DNA of 62,305 bases, counting the filler, from Sphacelaria rigidula (Eukaryota): the NCBI GenBank assembly GCA_964200075.2. It is 5 parts of 5 records of this genome, joined end to end, with 100 filler letters (N's around TTAATTAATTAA, not from the genome) between each part and the next. Parts side by side here need not be neighbours in the genome. Positions count along the whole stretch, not along the records: positions 12,484 to 24,865 come from CAXNAA020003836.1; positions 24,966 to 37,346 come from CAXNAA020003837.1; 3 more parts are not named here. One strand, 5' to 3'. The position numbers were made by a program, and so were the translations under genes. Positions within the stretch are counted from its first letter, which is position 1, and each line of letters opens with the position of its first letter. The notes under the pieces were generated by a model that was given only the letters and a program-made list of their open reading frames with translations, had not been told where the DNA came from and did not search any database. Positions 12,815-25,473 of the stretch are shown piece by piece.

Positions 12815-13950
12815 TTGCGTTCGGCTTGTTCAGTCAAATGTGAGATGTCGATACACATGACACCTAGGAGGTGAGGTTTGACCCACGCCAAGCGTTTGCG
12901 TGATATCTGTCGCCAGCCGTCGCCATTTTGAATTCGAAGAGGCATATGATGCTTAGTGACCTCATCACAGCCACAACACCAATGGCTGTAATGCATATGT
13001 TACGGCGGACATCGGCTGTATATAGTGGGCGTTTTGAAGTACGCGTGGCATGTGCAGTACGTCGTATTCCATCCGCATGTTGGTATTTTGTTTCAGTTTG
13101 ATGTGCTTCGCACCCGGTCACCCACAACTTCTACCTACCCCGCACTGTCGTTTAGCTACCCAGTAGCAGCGCCTAATAACAAAGCTATCAGCCAACCACT
13201 TGGAGACATGTCGCTTGCAAGCAAGTCAAGAGCACTTCTCTGCACTCTAAAGTGGGTCTGTGTTTTGTATGATGCAGTGCTGAGTAAGATTCAATGGTCT
13301 GGGAGTCACGTGCTGGACAGTGGCATCACTCGACTGCAATTATTATAACGGTTTGTCGCTTGCATATCGCAACCCCCGACCTTGTGTGTTCCTTGAGAGT
13401 GATGCCGGCACACCTCGTGGCACGTGGTGACCAATCCGAGAATCGAACTCGGGTTTCCACAGGCACAATGTGGTGTACCTACCATTATACTAATTAGGCT
13501 CGACCATCACACATATCCACCGCATAGTAGGTAGTCCGTGCATGCTGGAGGTGGGTGGAGCGTGCATTCTTGAATCATCACCACCACGATTGGGCTTACT
13601 GAGTCAAACGCCAAACGTCGACACACACGCCACCCCAGGAGGTGGGCTTTGGCCTAGGCCAAGCATTTGCGTGATGGCTGTCGGTAGTCGTTGCCAATTT
13701 GACTTTGAAGACGCATACCATGCTCGGCGACCTCATCGCAACAGCACCAATAGCTGTAATGCATATTCACCGCGCAGTCGATAGCCAAGGTACTTACTGT
13801 ATTCTAGAGGTGGGTGGGGACATGCGTTGCTTGAACAACACCCCCCACGATTGGGCTTGTTCAGTAAAATGCGAAAAGTCGACACATACGCCACCCCAGG
13901 AAGAGGGGTTTTGGCCCAGACCGAGCGTTTTCGTGATGGCTGTCGGTATT
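12815..13950 (+). repeat. Three diverged copies of a ~150-260 bp direct repeat
   Basis: GGCTTGTTCAGT(C/A)AA..GTCGA(C/T)ACACA..AGGAGGTG..GCGTGAT(G/A).CTGTCG recurs at ~12820, ~13590 and ~13853. Confidence 0.75.
13428..13499 (-). tRNA. tRNA-His(GTG)-like sequence (pseudogene or SINE head)
   Basis: Reverse complement GCCTAAT TA GTAT AATGGTAG GTAC A CCACA TTGTGCC TGTGG AAAC CCGAG TTCGATT CTCGG ATTGGTC A folds as a cloverleaf; one acceptor mismatch, C at position 37, encoded CCA follows. Confidence 0.65.
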
Positions 13951-16212
13951 CGTTCTCGCACGGGGGTCAAACGCCACAGGTTACAAGATCCAAAAGAGTT
14001 GGAAAATTGGCGAGGATCAGACCTGAGGAGTGAATGGGTGCCGGACACATGTTTACTCTCCGCCACATCGTGTTCAGTGTACCACTGAAGAACTCTGCAT
14101 AGTAGCGGCGTTGATTGCAGAGACGACGACGCTGAGGCGAAATGAGTGTTCGATCTGCAGGTCTTATAGCTTGGACGGACACTGGGATGAGGTTTTGTGA
14201 AGATGTCACAGCCACTCAGCCAGCACTGACTGCATGCGTCAGTGGTTATTGTGACATCTATCTTTAAATACTGCACTGCTGCATTGTACGCCGACGGTTG
14301 GCGATTAACCCCAAGACACGCGTTGCTGCTCTGACTACGAGCTGAGAGTCGCGTCTATCGGTGACAGGGTCAGATACAGATGGGCATATTATGTAGGACT
14401 GTACTCTACTGTACGGTGCAGCGCTGTGCTGCGCAGTGCTCTACAACCACCATACTTTATTGCTGGAGTATCGACTGTGAATGATGGGGTACTGTATGCA
14501 TGGACTGCGCTCTTTTTTATTTGACTACGCGTGGTTTGTTTTGATTTTGTACGTCGTTCTTTACCTTGTTGACCAGCCAGCAAAATGTGATTTTGGTCGT
14601 CGGTGAGGCTGGGGCCCCGAAAATAAAAACGGTTCTCTTATTTCTTCATGAGATCAATCAACACGGAAAATAACACCCTACGTAGTCGGCACGGTAGGCT
14701 ATAGGATATGAATTATACTGTAGAGCAGTGTATTTATTCGGACGACACCGAAAAGTAATGCCAATCACCACGGTGTGGGGAAGGAGCAGCAGGAAGCGGC
14801 ACGGGTAGGAACCACAGATGAATGGCTGCAAACCCACAGTGATGAGTTGAGTGGCAAGGAGCTTCAAAATCGAATCGTGGTGCCGGGCTCTGCAGCTACT
14901 TCCCAAGAAACAGTACCAAAAATCTTGTCGCCTGTATTTCCACACATTAGAGCAGCCTCAATCGGTGCGTTCTAGCCTCACTTTTCTATTCAACCAAGTC
15001 GCTGATATTTACAGTCGCGCCTGGTCGACCTATTCACTCGAGAGTTCACTACGCCATTTGTATTGTCATGATTCTTGTTCAGGATGTAGTTATCTTCATA
15101 AGTAGATCTTGACCAAGGGAATCACTTCCTATCGTCCGCGGCATTCGATCGCCGCTGCTCGGGGAGAGTATCTGGAACTAGTTAAAAAAAAAGTGAGCCT
15201 TGAGGTCAACTACCAATGTCACGGTGCAGAAAAATACTACTCTTCGATGAAGAAGTCTATTGGAAGCTATTTTTTACAAATATGATTTTGGACATTTTTT
15301 CAATGGCGTCGACCTAAAGGCTGTTCAAGTCGACACCTCTAGGGGCAATCAACACTTTGCGCTTTTGCCCCAGGCTTTATCGACACGTGGAAGATCATCA
15401 GGGTCAGCATTCCGCGATGTGTCTTGCGACTCATCTTTCCTCCCAAGTATCTACTGAGGATGACGTTTTTTGCGACAGCACGAGACGAACAGCAGTGTTG
15501 AAGGTTACATTAAAGCTTGCTTTCTCAACCTCCAAAAGTAAGTGAGTTTCGTGTGCTAGCATCGTGGATAGGTTCAGAAGAGTAACGCCGAGCTACTGTC
15601 GGTACATGAGGCGACTTCGGTGTGTTTTTTTCTGAGGCTGTACACATGTTCATGTTGCAGTGACTATCACAAAAAATGAGCATACATATAATGACTTCGT
15701 TGCTTGTTTCACAGAGATCCTAGAAAGATTGAAGCGCGCGTAGGTGGTTTGTGGGAGCGGTTGATTCCAACGCAAAGTGAGCGAGATTGTCGCGAGAGTT
15801 GGATTCTCTCACGAGCTGGATGACCGGGAACCCATCCTACCGCGCTAATGCGCTATTCAATCGTTGACTTCATACATGAACCACGAATTGCAAGTAGTGC
15901 AAGCTATCACCTCGACTGAACGTGTTGTCGGGCCAAGCAAACACAAAAGATGCTCGCCCAGGGCTCTGCCAGGGTGTACTCTCGTGGGACCCCGTCATAG
16001 CAGCGCCCTCACGTATTTTCATCAATCAACCTTCTCACAGACAGAGTGTGGGAAGGCTCGAACTCCTTCAAAACACCGTATAAGCCTGAAAATTCGCCTC
16101 CTCTAGAACCTACATATTTGCGCTTGCAAAAGCCTGGGATGCAGCCAAACTCGTGGAGTGATCAACCGTCGCTGAGTCATTAATGTGCACATTGCCTTCC
16201 TTTCTCGTTTAG

Positions 16213-16330
16213 GGTGCGATCAAGTACGAGCAAGACGAACTCCCAGCGTGCAAGAGTCTCATTGATCAATGCCTAGGCGATGATCCCGATACCATCATAA
16301 GCTACGCTTCTGTTGCTTTCAAGGAGCAAG
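16213..16330 (+). CDS. IFT70: IFT70 exon (GAIKYEQ...FKEQ)
   Basis: tttag| acceptor, |gtacg donor, phase 0-1. Confidence 0.9.
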
Positions 16331-19300
16331 GTACGAGGCGCGCCTCATTCGTTCTCGGTTGGGCTCTTTCTGCATTTAACACAGTGTTAGATTTGTTTTA
16401 GTGCTGAATATTTCTCGCCCGTGTTCGAAGTCACTCGCCGCAGGTCCTACCGGAAAGCGGTCGAGGAAACAACGATCCTCAGTAAGCTACGGTACCACAC
16501 ACATCAATAAAGAAACTGACTTTCTGCGGCGCCAATATTTCGTGAAATTATGGTTACATGAAGCCACATGAAGGAAAATGGACAGACAATAAATTTGGGG
16601 CTTGAACATTTGTTCACCTCGCAAAACACTACAGTGATCAGCGGCATTGTACTGAGGCGTGTTGGTGATGATGAGAACATTTTCTCCACTATAGGAATTT
16701 TAACCCTTTTCAAAGTATTTGTCACTTTTTTTTCTGCTCTGACTCACGTCTACAGATTACGACAGTGCTAGACAAAAGTATGCGGATGCTATGAACACCC
16801 TTGGATACCAGGCAGATCTTGCGTATAACACCGCCCTGTGCTACTTCAAGGACAAGCAGTATGCTCCGGCGTTGAAACATGTCGGTGAGTTGTAAAATGA
16901 TATATGTCGGTCATGGGAAGATGGGAAAAGGCTGTGTGAAGAAAGCCGTGAGTGTGGCTGTGCGTGTAGTACGCCATTGGTGTGGCTCAGGTTCGGATCA
17001 ACGGACAGGTTTCTCGTAGCCTATTTATTGTGAAGCAATTTATTCGCGATAAATGCTGTCTGTATTGGAGCATTCTAAGCTGCATCATCCGGACATTCAG
17101 ATGAGATTATCGAGAGGGGAGTACGTGAACACCCGGAGCTATCAGTGGGGAGCAACACCGACGGGATTGATGTCCGCTCTGTTGGGAATTCACAAGTATT
17201 GCAGGTAACCCCGACAGGCAACAGACTGTGAAACATGTCAACACACGTTAGGAGGAAGTGCACAGTATCCCGAGGGTGGTCTATTCCGCCCTTATCTGAC
17301 AGTGCGAGGTGTTCTCTATCAGCTTGCCATCACTTCTTGCTCACGAATGCGTGTGAACGGAAGTTTCACACAAAAAATCTTCCTCAACGGTCCAGCTGGG
17401 AACAAATGTCTTCGACCTTCACCCGACTAAGTGGCACCTGCAATGGCTTGTACGCCTCTCACCAACCATCGCGCATTAACCCGCGGTAGATATGCCTGTC
17501 TTTCAACGACCATATAGAAGGCTGATCGAGGTAAACCACCTGCCCACTTTGTTACGAAAAATGAATTCCCTGCCACTTTGAGCAGTTCGTGTAGTCCTCG
17601 GGCTACAGCGGCAAGAATATAGCTACAAGCGTAAAGCAGAGAGAGGTCCACATCAGCTCAGGCTGCCGTGGCGCCGTATTGGTCGAAGATGGCAACAGAG
17701 CACGATCCCCTCCCCCTGCCTATTCAAAGTCCGTCTTCGAGATTCACGTTTTACTACGCCTTGCCGGATGCATCGTGTCCTTGCCCGTCAGTGCGCTTGT
17801 GCTGCTCTACAGTGCTATGTGCTGATATCCACTACGCGTTGCGATCGCCTCTGAATGGTGCGTCTATAGGAAACATGCTTGGTGGAAGCATTCAACCTCC
17901 GAGCCGCCATTGAACACACCAGAAAAAACTACGAGATGGCGATGGAGGCGCTGAGTGACATGCCACCCCGTAGGGAACAAGAGCTTGACGCGGTCACCTT
18001 GCACAACCAGGCATGGGTTTCGTGTGTATTTTTCGTCGCACCCATCACGAGTGCTTGTAAACGGTGTGTAAGTCGTATACAAATCAAAACAATGGCAATG
18101 ATGAACGCATTAAACCATTTTGCTGTTTTGTACTGCTGGTACCTCGCTGGATACATTTGCAGGCTCTGCTTCACATGGAGGAAGACCCAACCGCAGGTTT
18201 TCGCAAGTTAAACTTTTTGTTATCCAATCCTCCGTTCCCGCCGGAGACTTTTGGAAACCTGCTCTTATTACACTGCAAGTATGGCTACCATGAACTTGCC
18301 GCGGACATCCTAGCAGAGAACAGGTACTACTATCTCGTCAGTCTTATTCGCAGACTCCTGTTGGCAGGAACAGTACCTCGTCTTTTCCTCTGGATTCGTA
18401 CTTTTTTTTTCATTTATTTGTCGAACTTTGAACCCCTCCCCTTCCTTGGGATGAGTCCGTGGTCTCAAGGGATCAAGCCACCTCTTCCCCGGTACACGCC
18501 TTGTACTTTGGTCTCGCGGATTGGGTCAGCACTCCCGCACCGCGTCAACTAACGTCAAAGAAACTCAGTCGACTACTTTGTTTACTCATGTTATCACGCT
18601 TCCCACGGTGGAAATCAGACGTTACGAAGAAACACCCCAACGTATCGGGAATCGAACCCTCGTTCTCTCCACCGTAATGGCGACATTCGGACCATTACAC
18701 CACCGGGGCGCGGCGATAGTGGGACGAATTGAGCGGAATGCGATAACTTCCCCGATATGTGTGCATGAACAGTATTTGCTCCACTTGTTATCACGGCCGG
18801 CAAGTCTCCTGTCGTTGGTGCGGTCGTGTATAATCGCAGACACATTTTTGAATTTCAGCAAGCCCTCGCTGGTGGAATGTCAGCACACAACGACAAATAG
18901 CTGATTTTTCTTGACAATCTGGATGCCATGATGCCGTATGACGAGCGTGTCTAGACGATGTTAACGCCTCAACTGCAGTTGTAGTTGGCACATGGATGCG
19001 GCGACGCCTGATCATTGAACAATAGTCGTTTGCAATCATCTGCACTGTCATAACTGTGCAGTATCAACCGCACGATGCTTTGAAGATCTGCACTTTTTGT
19101 GACTTTGGTGCTGCGGTATTTGGGTGCATGTGGGTAGTTTCCTGCCATGCCTTAACGTCAACGACTGTACACATGCGATTGCGGTGCAAACTGCATCTCC
19201 TGCAGCCATCTCACGTATAAATTCTTGAGCGAGGAGCTGTACGAGTACCTGGATGCGGCCATCATGGTTCAGACAAGTCCAGAGGAGGCGTATCGGAAGG

Positions 19301-22300
19301 TGCACTAATACGTAGACTCCACGCCATGAAGATTACGATGTAATCGCTAAGAGAAGAGCTGTACCTCGCTGTCACAATTTGCCATCCTCGCGTCGAAGTG
19401 ATTCTAGCTTTCATTCTCCACATCTCACGGCGCCATCTCCCTGAACTGTCTACTGTCTTGCACTACTCGCCCGCAGTACGACGAACTTACTTCCAAGCAC
19501 ATCGAGCAGCTGCGACAGCTGACGAAACAAATCCAAGACGCACGTATCGCTCGTGACAACAATGCTATCAAGACCAGTCTAGAGGTACGATAAAGGAGTG
19601 TTCTGAATCGTTGACAATTGCGGTCGTAGGTTCGCGCGAGTTGCCGTTTAGATGCAAGTATGCTGCCTCCCATGCTCTTCAGTACAAAGCGGCACGCCGA
19701 TATGCGCATTACACGAGGTAAAACAACTTGCGATAGTAGTCACGGTGTAGGGATCATCCGCTAGCGATGTGCCTTACTCGTTGCAGAGGCTACTCGTAGA
19801 CTGGAAAAAGAACGGCGGTGTTACTGGCATAGTACATTCGAACAACCACGCGTTTGTCCAATCGCGGGATTCTCGATCTGACAGATGTACGACGCGGCTC
19901 TTGAACGCTATATTCCTGTCTTGATGGCGATGGCGCGCATTTACTGGGATCGAGAAAATTATCCTGTTGTCGAAAAGCTGTTCAGGCAAGCAGCAGAGTT
20001 TTGCTCAGACCACGACACTTGGAAATTGAACGCGGCCCACGTATTTTTTATGGAAGAAAAGTTCAAGGTGAGTTACTGCCCAGTGTCCTGCGATGTGCGG
20101 AAGAGAAAAAATGTGTGTAGAAGAAGGGGCGAGTGTGGCCATTGTCCGCATTCTTGAAAGAAACGCCTTGCTTAACTTAGAACGTTGCCCCTGAAGTTTC
20201 GTGCTGTCCCAACGTCGCATACTTGATGTCTCCCTGCATATTATATGACCTGACACTACCTGATACTACATTTCAATGGTCCACTTTGCATGTTTCTGCT
20301 TCAGGAGGCGATCCGGTACTATGAGCCCATTGTCAAGAAACAGGCGGACAGTATTCTCGAGGTTCCCGCCATAGTTCTGGCTAATCTTTGCGTGAGCCAC
20401 ATCATGATCAGTCAAAACGAGGAGGCTGAGGAGCTCATGAGGAAGGCACGCACATTAACTAGGGGTTTCGACGGTGGTATTGAACGGCGGGTTTTCGTGT
20501 AGTATTTGTTTCATATTTGTTTCACACCTCTGCAAGCACCGAGCGCGAAATATCGCTAATATATCAAACAACTTCCGCCATCTGCGAAGATGACTTGACA
20601 AACACTTGTATGTTTCCTTAGCTCTGTTTGTGCTACAGCGAACTCACGGATATCTGACATTCCCCTCCCTACATCTGAATACAGATTGAAAAGGAAGAAG
20701 AGAAGGTTGCGCAACAGGATCCGGACAAACAATGCTTCCACCTTTGCATTGTCAACTTGGTCATCGGCACGTTATACTGTGCAAAGGTGAGGGTACACGC
20801 GGGAGGCTTCGAAATATTCTTCGAAATATTATTTGTTCGATCAATGACGTGTATTTTTCCGACCAGTTCGACCGCTCGGTCACGGAGGTAAGTTTCCACT
20901 AGCACAATTCGGGCTTGACTACGCTGTGAGTAACAAAGCAGTTTGCACGTGTTGTCTTCAGATACGTACGCTGCATCGTCAGACGTGAAGCGAGATCCAA
21001 GTTAACCGATAGGCCTTGGTTCGATCCTCCGCCCCTCTTTCACCCGAACAAAGTTCATAGGAGAGGAACCTTGCAGTCGCATTGAGACAGTCAGGTGGGA
21101 TATCTGGAAGGTTGGTTGGTTTTAAGTCGTGGACGTCGTGCTTGGGTTCAGTCCGTGTAACGAGATAGACCGACGGCCAAGCAGGTTCTCATTGCGATCA
21201 CGATCAAAACCCACCACACAGCTGATATCTGATATCACGAGCGCGCTTGCATTGCCGGCAAACTGTCTCACTCGCACGGTACCCTCAAGTCGTTGTCTGC
21301 GGTATTACTACCCCCCCATCGACACAAAATAGCTGTTTTGATTGTTCGCACTATTTCGGCGCTAGAACACCTGTCGAGGTCCGGCCTGCTGCGATCTTTC
21401 TCTCACTTTCCTTGAGGAGGGTATCCAGGATGCAAACTAGGTCCGTGGATTTCCCCGTCGCCGGTCTTTGATGCATGGTGACCACAAAAATCGGCGTATG
21501 AAACTTGGGAGTGGACGACTGTGCATTCTGCAACGCTGGTCGCTTGCCGTGCTGTACCCTACAGGGGAACTTCGAATTCGGAATCAGTCGAATAATTAAA
21601 TCTCTGGAACCTTACGAGAAGAAGCTGGGGACGGACACATGGTTCTACGCTAAGAGGTGCTTTTTGGCTCTCGCCGAGCAGGTACACTCGAGATTATTTC
21701 TATCTCCACTCATGTTTCGGCGATGCCGACCCAATGCAACGTCCGTCGATAAGCGGCATTAATGGTGACAATGAAGACTGTTGTGCCTTTTGTGCATCAG
21801 GGATTTGGGATTTTCGTTTTTTTTTGCTGGAGATCTGTGCTTTTTTGTTGTTCATCCCGTTCATTAGCCTCACTGGTGACCGGGGGCTCCGAATGGTTGG
21901 CGGTGGCCTTTGTTTTTATTTTGAATGATTGCACGGTGAGTGCAGTATTCCCACTTGCTTGCCAACGTTCAGCTAACGACTGTCGCTTGCTTTTTCGAGC
22001 TCTGTTATCGCTCTCACAGGTCAAAAAGTTCCGTGAACTCACTTTTTCACTCTCACTTCACCCGAAGTGTAAGAGGACAACGTGCGAACGCAGGAATCGC
22101 GAATCCTTCGAGGTCATCGACGGATGGAATTTTGAATAAAAGAGACGACGAGATGTACAGTTGAATTGCTTCAGACCTACAGTAGAATGATCTAGTACAT
22201 ACACCTCTCTGGTTCATAAGTGTACACAGGGACAGTCGCAGAAAAAATCAAGCAAGTGGGATGCATACCGTTTTTTACTTTCGATTGTATCTAACGTCCA

Positions 22301-23052
22301 CGTGTGTCCTGGCTTGTGCCATTTTTTCGATGAAATGCTCGATGCTTACTTAATATCACCACACCGTGGAGAGAAAGCACCTGCGAGCAGGACACATTTG
22401 AGATATATTTTACTCACAAACCCAGAAAAAACTTGAAAAGTAGAAAGTAGCTTTTACGACCGAATGTTGTCTTCACAGCGTATTTTGGTGTTAAATGCCG
22501 AGTGCTTGACTCCAAATGTCGATCTTCAACCAAGCAAACATGTTTTCCAATCCAAAAGCATGAACTACGATAAATATACACTGCGAACTGTCGAAAGCTA
22601 TCTCAAAACGTTTTTTGAAGCGAGAATTGCTACCGGGTGTGTTCTGGTGATGAGTGAAATCGTTTCAACTTGTAAGTTTGTGTTTCAACCCAAGACATGA
22701 ATGAGCACGGCAAGGATAGTCTTTTTGCCAGGGTTTCGGTGTACTTTGTCGGAGAGAGCCAGTCCAACGCACTTCAAATATTGACTTCGCTTTAGTCGCT
22801 AAATGTTGTCGAGAGTTCAAGACCTGGGCATTTCTTAACAACTTTATGCTTGAGGGACACGCCCCTGAATTGCTGATTTAAAAGACTCGGGACTCAGCGC
22901 TTCGGTTGATCACTACGCTGTTTGAATGTGCGATTCCCTAGATGTCGAAGCACATGCTGATGCTGAAGGACGCATCATTGTACGAGATTATCGCGTTTCT
23001 CGATTCTGCAGATCAGCACGGCCACGCCATCCCGACACAGATCGGCCCTGAG
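16213..23052 (+). CDS. IFT70: Intraflagellar transport protein 70 / TTC30 (fleer, DYF-1), partial multi-exon gene
   Basis: 12 exons splice in phase to 1509 nt (503 codons, no stops) matching TTC30 motifs GAIKYEQ, EIIERGVREHPEL, LVEAFNLRAAIE, PFPPETFGNLLLL, YIPVLMA, LANLCVSHIM, HLCIVNLVIGTLYCAKGN, KKLGTDTWFYAKRCF; N- and C-terminal exons not identified. Confidence 0.97.
16756..16884 (+). CDS. IFT70: IFT70 exon (YDSARQKY...ALKHV)
   Basis: cag|, |gtgag; GYQADLAYNTALCY TPR motif. Confidence 0.92.
17101..17204 (+). CDS. IFT70: IFT70 exon (EIIERG...NSQVLQ)
   Basis: cag|, |gtaac; GIDVRSVGN motif. Confidence 0.93.
17870..18010 (+). CDS. IFT70: IFT70 exon (ETCLVEAFNL...TLHNQ), GC donor
   Basis: tag| acceptor; CAG|GCATGG donor favoured by homology (HNQ-AL). 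Confidence 0.88.
18163..18323 (+). CDS. IFT70: IFT70 exon (ALLHME...ILAEN)
   Basis: cag|, |gtact; PFPPETFGNLLLL. Confidence 0.93.
18402..18709 (-). mobile_element. tRNA-derived SINE (family 2) in IFT70 intron
   Basis: Minus-strand head GCCCCGGTGGTGTAATGG..GGTTCGATTCC (A and B boxes); 3' body GAACCCCTCCCCTT..GTGGTCTCAAGGGATC shared with ~32240, ~52210 and ~58500. Confidence 0.75.
19206..19299 (+). CDS. IFT70: IFT70 exon (HLTYKFL...EAYRK)
   Basis: cag|, |gtgca; phase 2-0. Confidence 0.92.
19477..19584 (+). CDS. IFT70: IFT70 exon (YDELTSKH...KTSLE)
   Basis: cag|, |gtacg; LRQLTKQIQDAR. Confidence 0.92.
19885..20067 (+). CDS. IFT70: IFT70 exon (MYDAALERY...EEKFK)
   Basis: cag|, |gtgag; WKLNAAHVFFM. 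Confidence 0.94.
20305..20445 (+). CDS. IFT70: IFT70 exon (EAIRYYEP...ELMRK), GC donor
   Basis: cag| acceptor; AAG|GCACGC donor gives the conserved LMRK-IEKEEE junction. Confidence 0.9.
20685..20786 (+). CDS. IFT70: IFT70 exon (IEKEEE...LYCAK)
   Basis: cag|, |gtgag. Confidence 0.94.
21565..21681 (+). CDS. IFT70: IFT70 exon (GNFEFG...ALAEQ)
   Basis: cag|, |gtaca. Confidence 0.94.
22942..23052 (+). CDS. IFT70: IFT70 exon (MSKHMLMLKD...QIGPE)
   Basis: tag|, |gtacg; matches TTC30 MSKH..L.D...E...FL....HG..IP; not in the ORF track. Confidence 0.88.
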
Positions 23053-24617
23053 GTACGAGACCGTCAACCGAACGCGGTGCTTAAGTCCGATGTCTATTTT
23101 CCGATGTCTTGATCCCATTGAGAGCGAGTATGATGAATAATCTTGTAACCCATTACGATCCAAGCTAATTAATGTTCAAGAGCAGAGGCGATTAAATTGA
23201 GAAGGGCACAGTATAGCGACTTGGAGCCCTTCAGATCAGCTTGGGGATGCTCACTACTGAGACCTTCCTCACCAAAAAAGTGAATAAATGAAGCGCTCCA
23301 AGCTGAGCGCCCCTCAAGGGGTTTTGCAACCAATCTGGTCACATATTACGTGATCAGCCTCCAGAATATGCGTCCTCGCAGCTAACTCTCAGTCATCTCT
23401 GGGTACGAAGCGCAAACTCGCGGAGAGACCTCGCATTTTTTGGCACACATGAAATCGTGCTTATTCTCTCCTCCTCCCTTTGATCAACTCGGCTCGGAGG
23501 ACAACATCGAAGTCCCAGCTTTCTCCTCGGGAACCTGCAACATCTGCCTACTGCATCCCAAGATTTATTTTTCAAACATTCCTTATTGTTTCAACATGCA
23601 TGCCAAAATGATGGAATTATTTTGAGTCCTTCTTGGCGTTGGTTAACCAGAATAAAAAATAACACAAATCATGTTGGGTGGCGTGAAAACACCTTCAGCG
23701 GCTATATGAACGGTTGCTGGTAATATTTTACCTCCTTCTGACACTCCATAGCACAAACTCAACAGCTGCCCCCGCAGGGGGCAGCGCGGAGAAATTTTTC
23801 GGACACGTAGCCCCCGCCCCCCCCGGAGAGCAGTTTTTCGGACACTGTCATGATTTTTTCGATTTTTTTCGTCAACTTTGTTGCCAGAAATTGATCAATA
23901 ACCATAATTTCGATTTTCTCTGTTAATTTTTTTACAAGAAATTGATCAATACACGCTGACAAAAACCCAAAATTCTGGTGGGCTTTGCGGGGTTCGTGTG
24001 TCTACTTCTTCTGCTCCTTGCCCGCTCTGTCCCGATGACCTCGGATGCCGGGGGGCATTCTTCCGCAAATTCAAATTATCCTGATTTTTGGATATTTTTC
24101 TGTTAACTTTATTGCAAGAAATTGATCAATGAACATTGACACATTCCGACAAGTCTGGTGGGCTTCGCGGGATGTACGTATGCTTCTGCTGCTTTATAGA
24201 GCCATATTTATATATAATATATATAATATAATAATAATATATTACATGATATTTTATATGTTATATCATGTATAACTTTTTTTATGTGATATTGTCTTTC
24301 CCTTGTCCAAAAATAAATTTCAACCAACCATCCAACCATCCATTCAATCCCAACCAACCAACCAATTAATTAGTTAATTAATTAAATAATTATAGTGCAT
24401 ACTGCCCCTCGATATATTTTTGTATATAATATAATATTTACATACTGTATTATAATATATGATATTTATATAAATCATAAAATAGTATATACTAAGGAGA
24501 ATGAGCATATACATCATATAGACGTATATCATACACTTTCTACGATAGCCCCCTCCCAAAACCAGCCCAAAAGTGTCACGAAAAAAGTGGTCATACAGCT
24601 CCTAATGTTTGGGTTAA

Positions 24618-24865
24618 GGCCGCTTCTTATAGACTGAAGAAAGTCTCTGAGAAAAGTCATTGACGACTTCTCTCAGAGACTTTCTCCTGAGAAATCAGTT
24701 TTCAGAACCCACCTCATAGTCTACGAAAAAATCCTGGGGATTTGTACACCCGTGGCCATCATCTAGCCTGCGTGCAGACGCTGGTAGTGGTCATCATTTA
24801 ACAGCCGATTCTCGAAAATGGGGTTGAAAAAAAAATGAGGTTCAACTCAAAAGCCGTGCTTTCCC
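24618..24865 (+). mobile_element. Left end of a Harbinger-type (TAA TSD) TIR element, truncated by contig end
   Basis: TAA|GGCCGCTTC start; internal ATTTGTACACC..GGCCATCATCTAGCCTGCG shared with 32383-32570. Confidence 0.65.
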
Positions 24866-24965
24866 NNNNNNNNNNNNNNNNNNNNNNNNNNNNNNNNNNN
24901 NNNNNNNNNTTAATTAATTAANNNNNNNNNNNNNNNNNNNNNNNNNNNNNNNNNNNNNNNNNNNN
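24866..24965. other. Artificial contig spacer
   Basis: N44-TTAATTAATTAA-N44. Confidence 0.98.
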
Positions 24966-25397
24966 CCATACACACACATACACATACAGCAATATTTTTT
25001 GGCAAAGTACAGGTTTTATCACACCTTTCTTTCTCATAATCACAATTCTGTATAACTGAGATAGGGTATCGTACGGTGGAGCGGATTGTAATGGTAGCAT
25101 GCGTAGCACAACCCCCGCTTCCCATCCTTCTCCTCATGTTGCGGATTTTGCGGATTTTGCGGATTTCCGGGCTATTTCGTCGTCTGAGCCAACCTGCTGC
25201 GACTTCTTGCCGTACCTCAGCACGGGGAGCAGGGTGCGAAGGAGTTGGAGGTTTTGAGACAGTGTTTCCCGAAAATCACCAACTTCGAGACGTTGCTTTT
25301 GAGGCAGCCGAGAGTGCTTGCAATGAGTGGTCGTCGATGTTGGTTGTCAGGGGCCTGTCGGTAGCTCAACTGCACCTTTCGTCCCCCCGCATAACTG

Positions 25398-25444
<47 letters not shown>

Positions 25445-25473
25445 GTGGTGGTGGTGGTGGTGGTGGTGTTGTT
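25398..25473. repeat. Compound microsatellite (TTG)n(GTG)n
   Basis: Directly visible. Confidence 0.95.

Noticed and set aside
14775..14975. ORF with EAARV as the missing IFT70 N-terminal exon
   Set aside because: The rest of the peptide does not match TTC30 and no compatible splice sites were found
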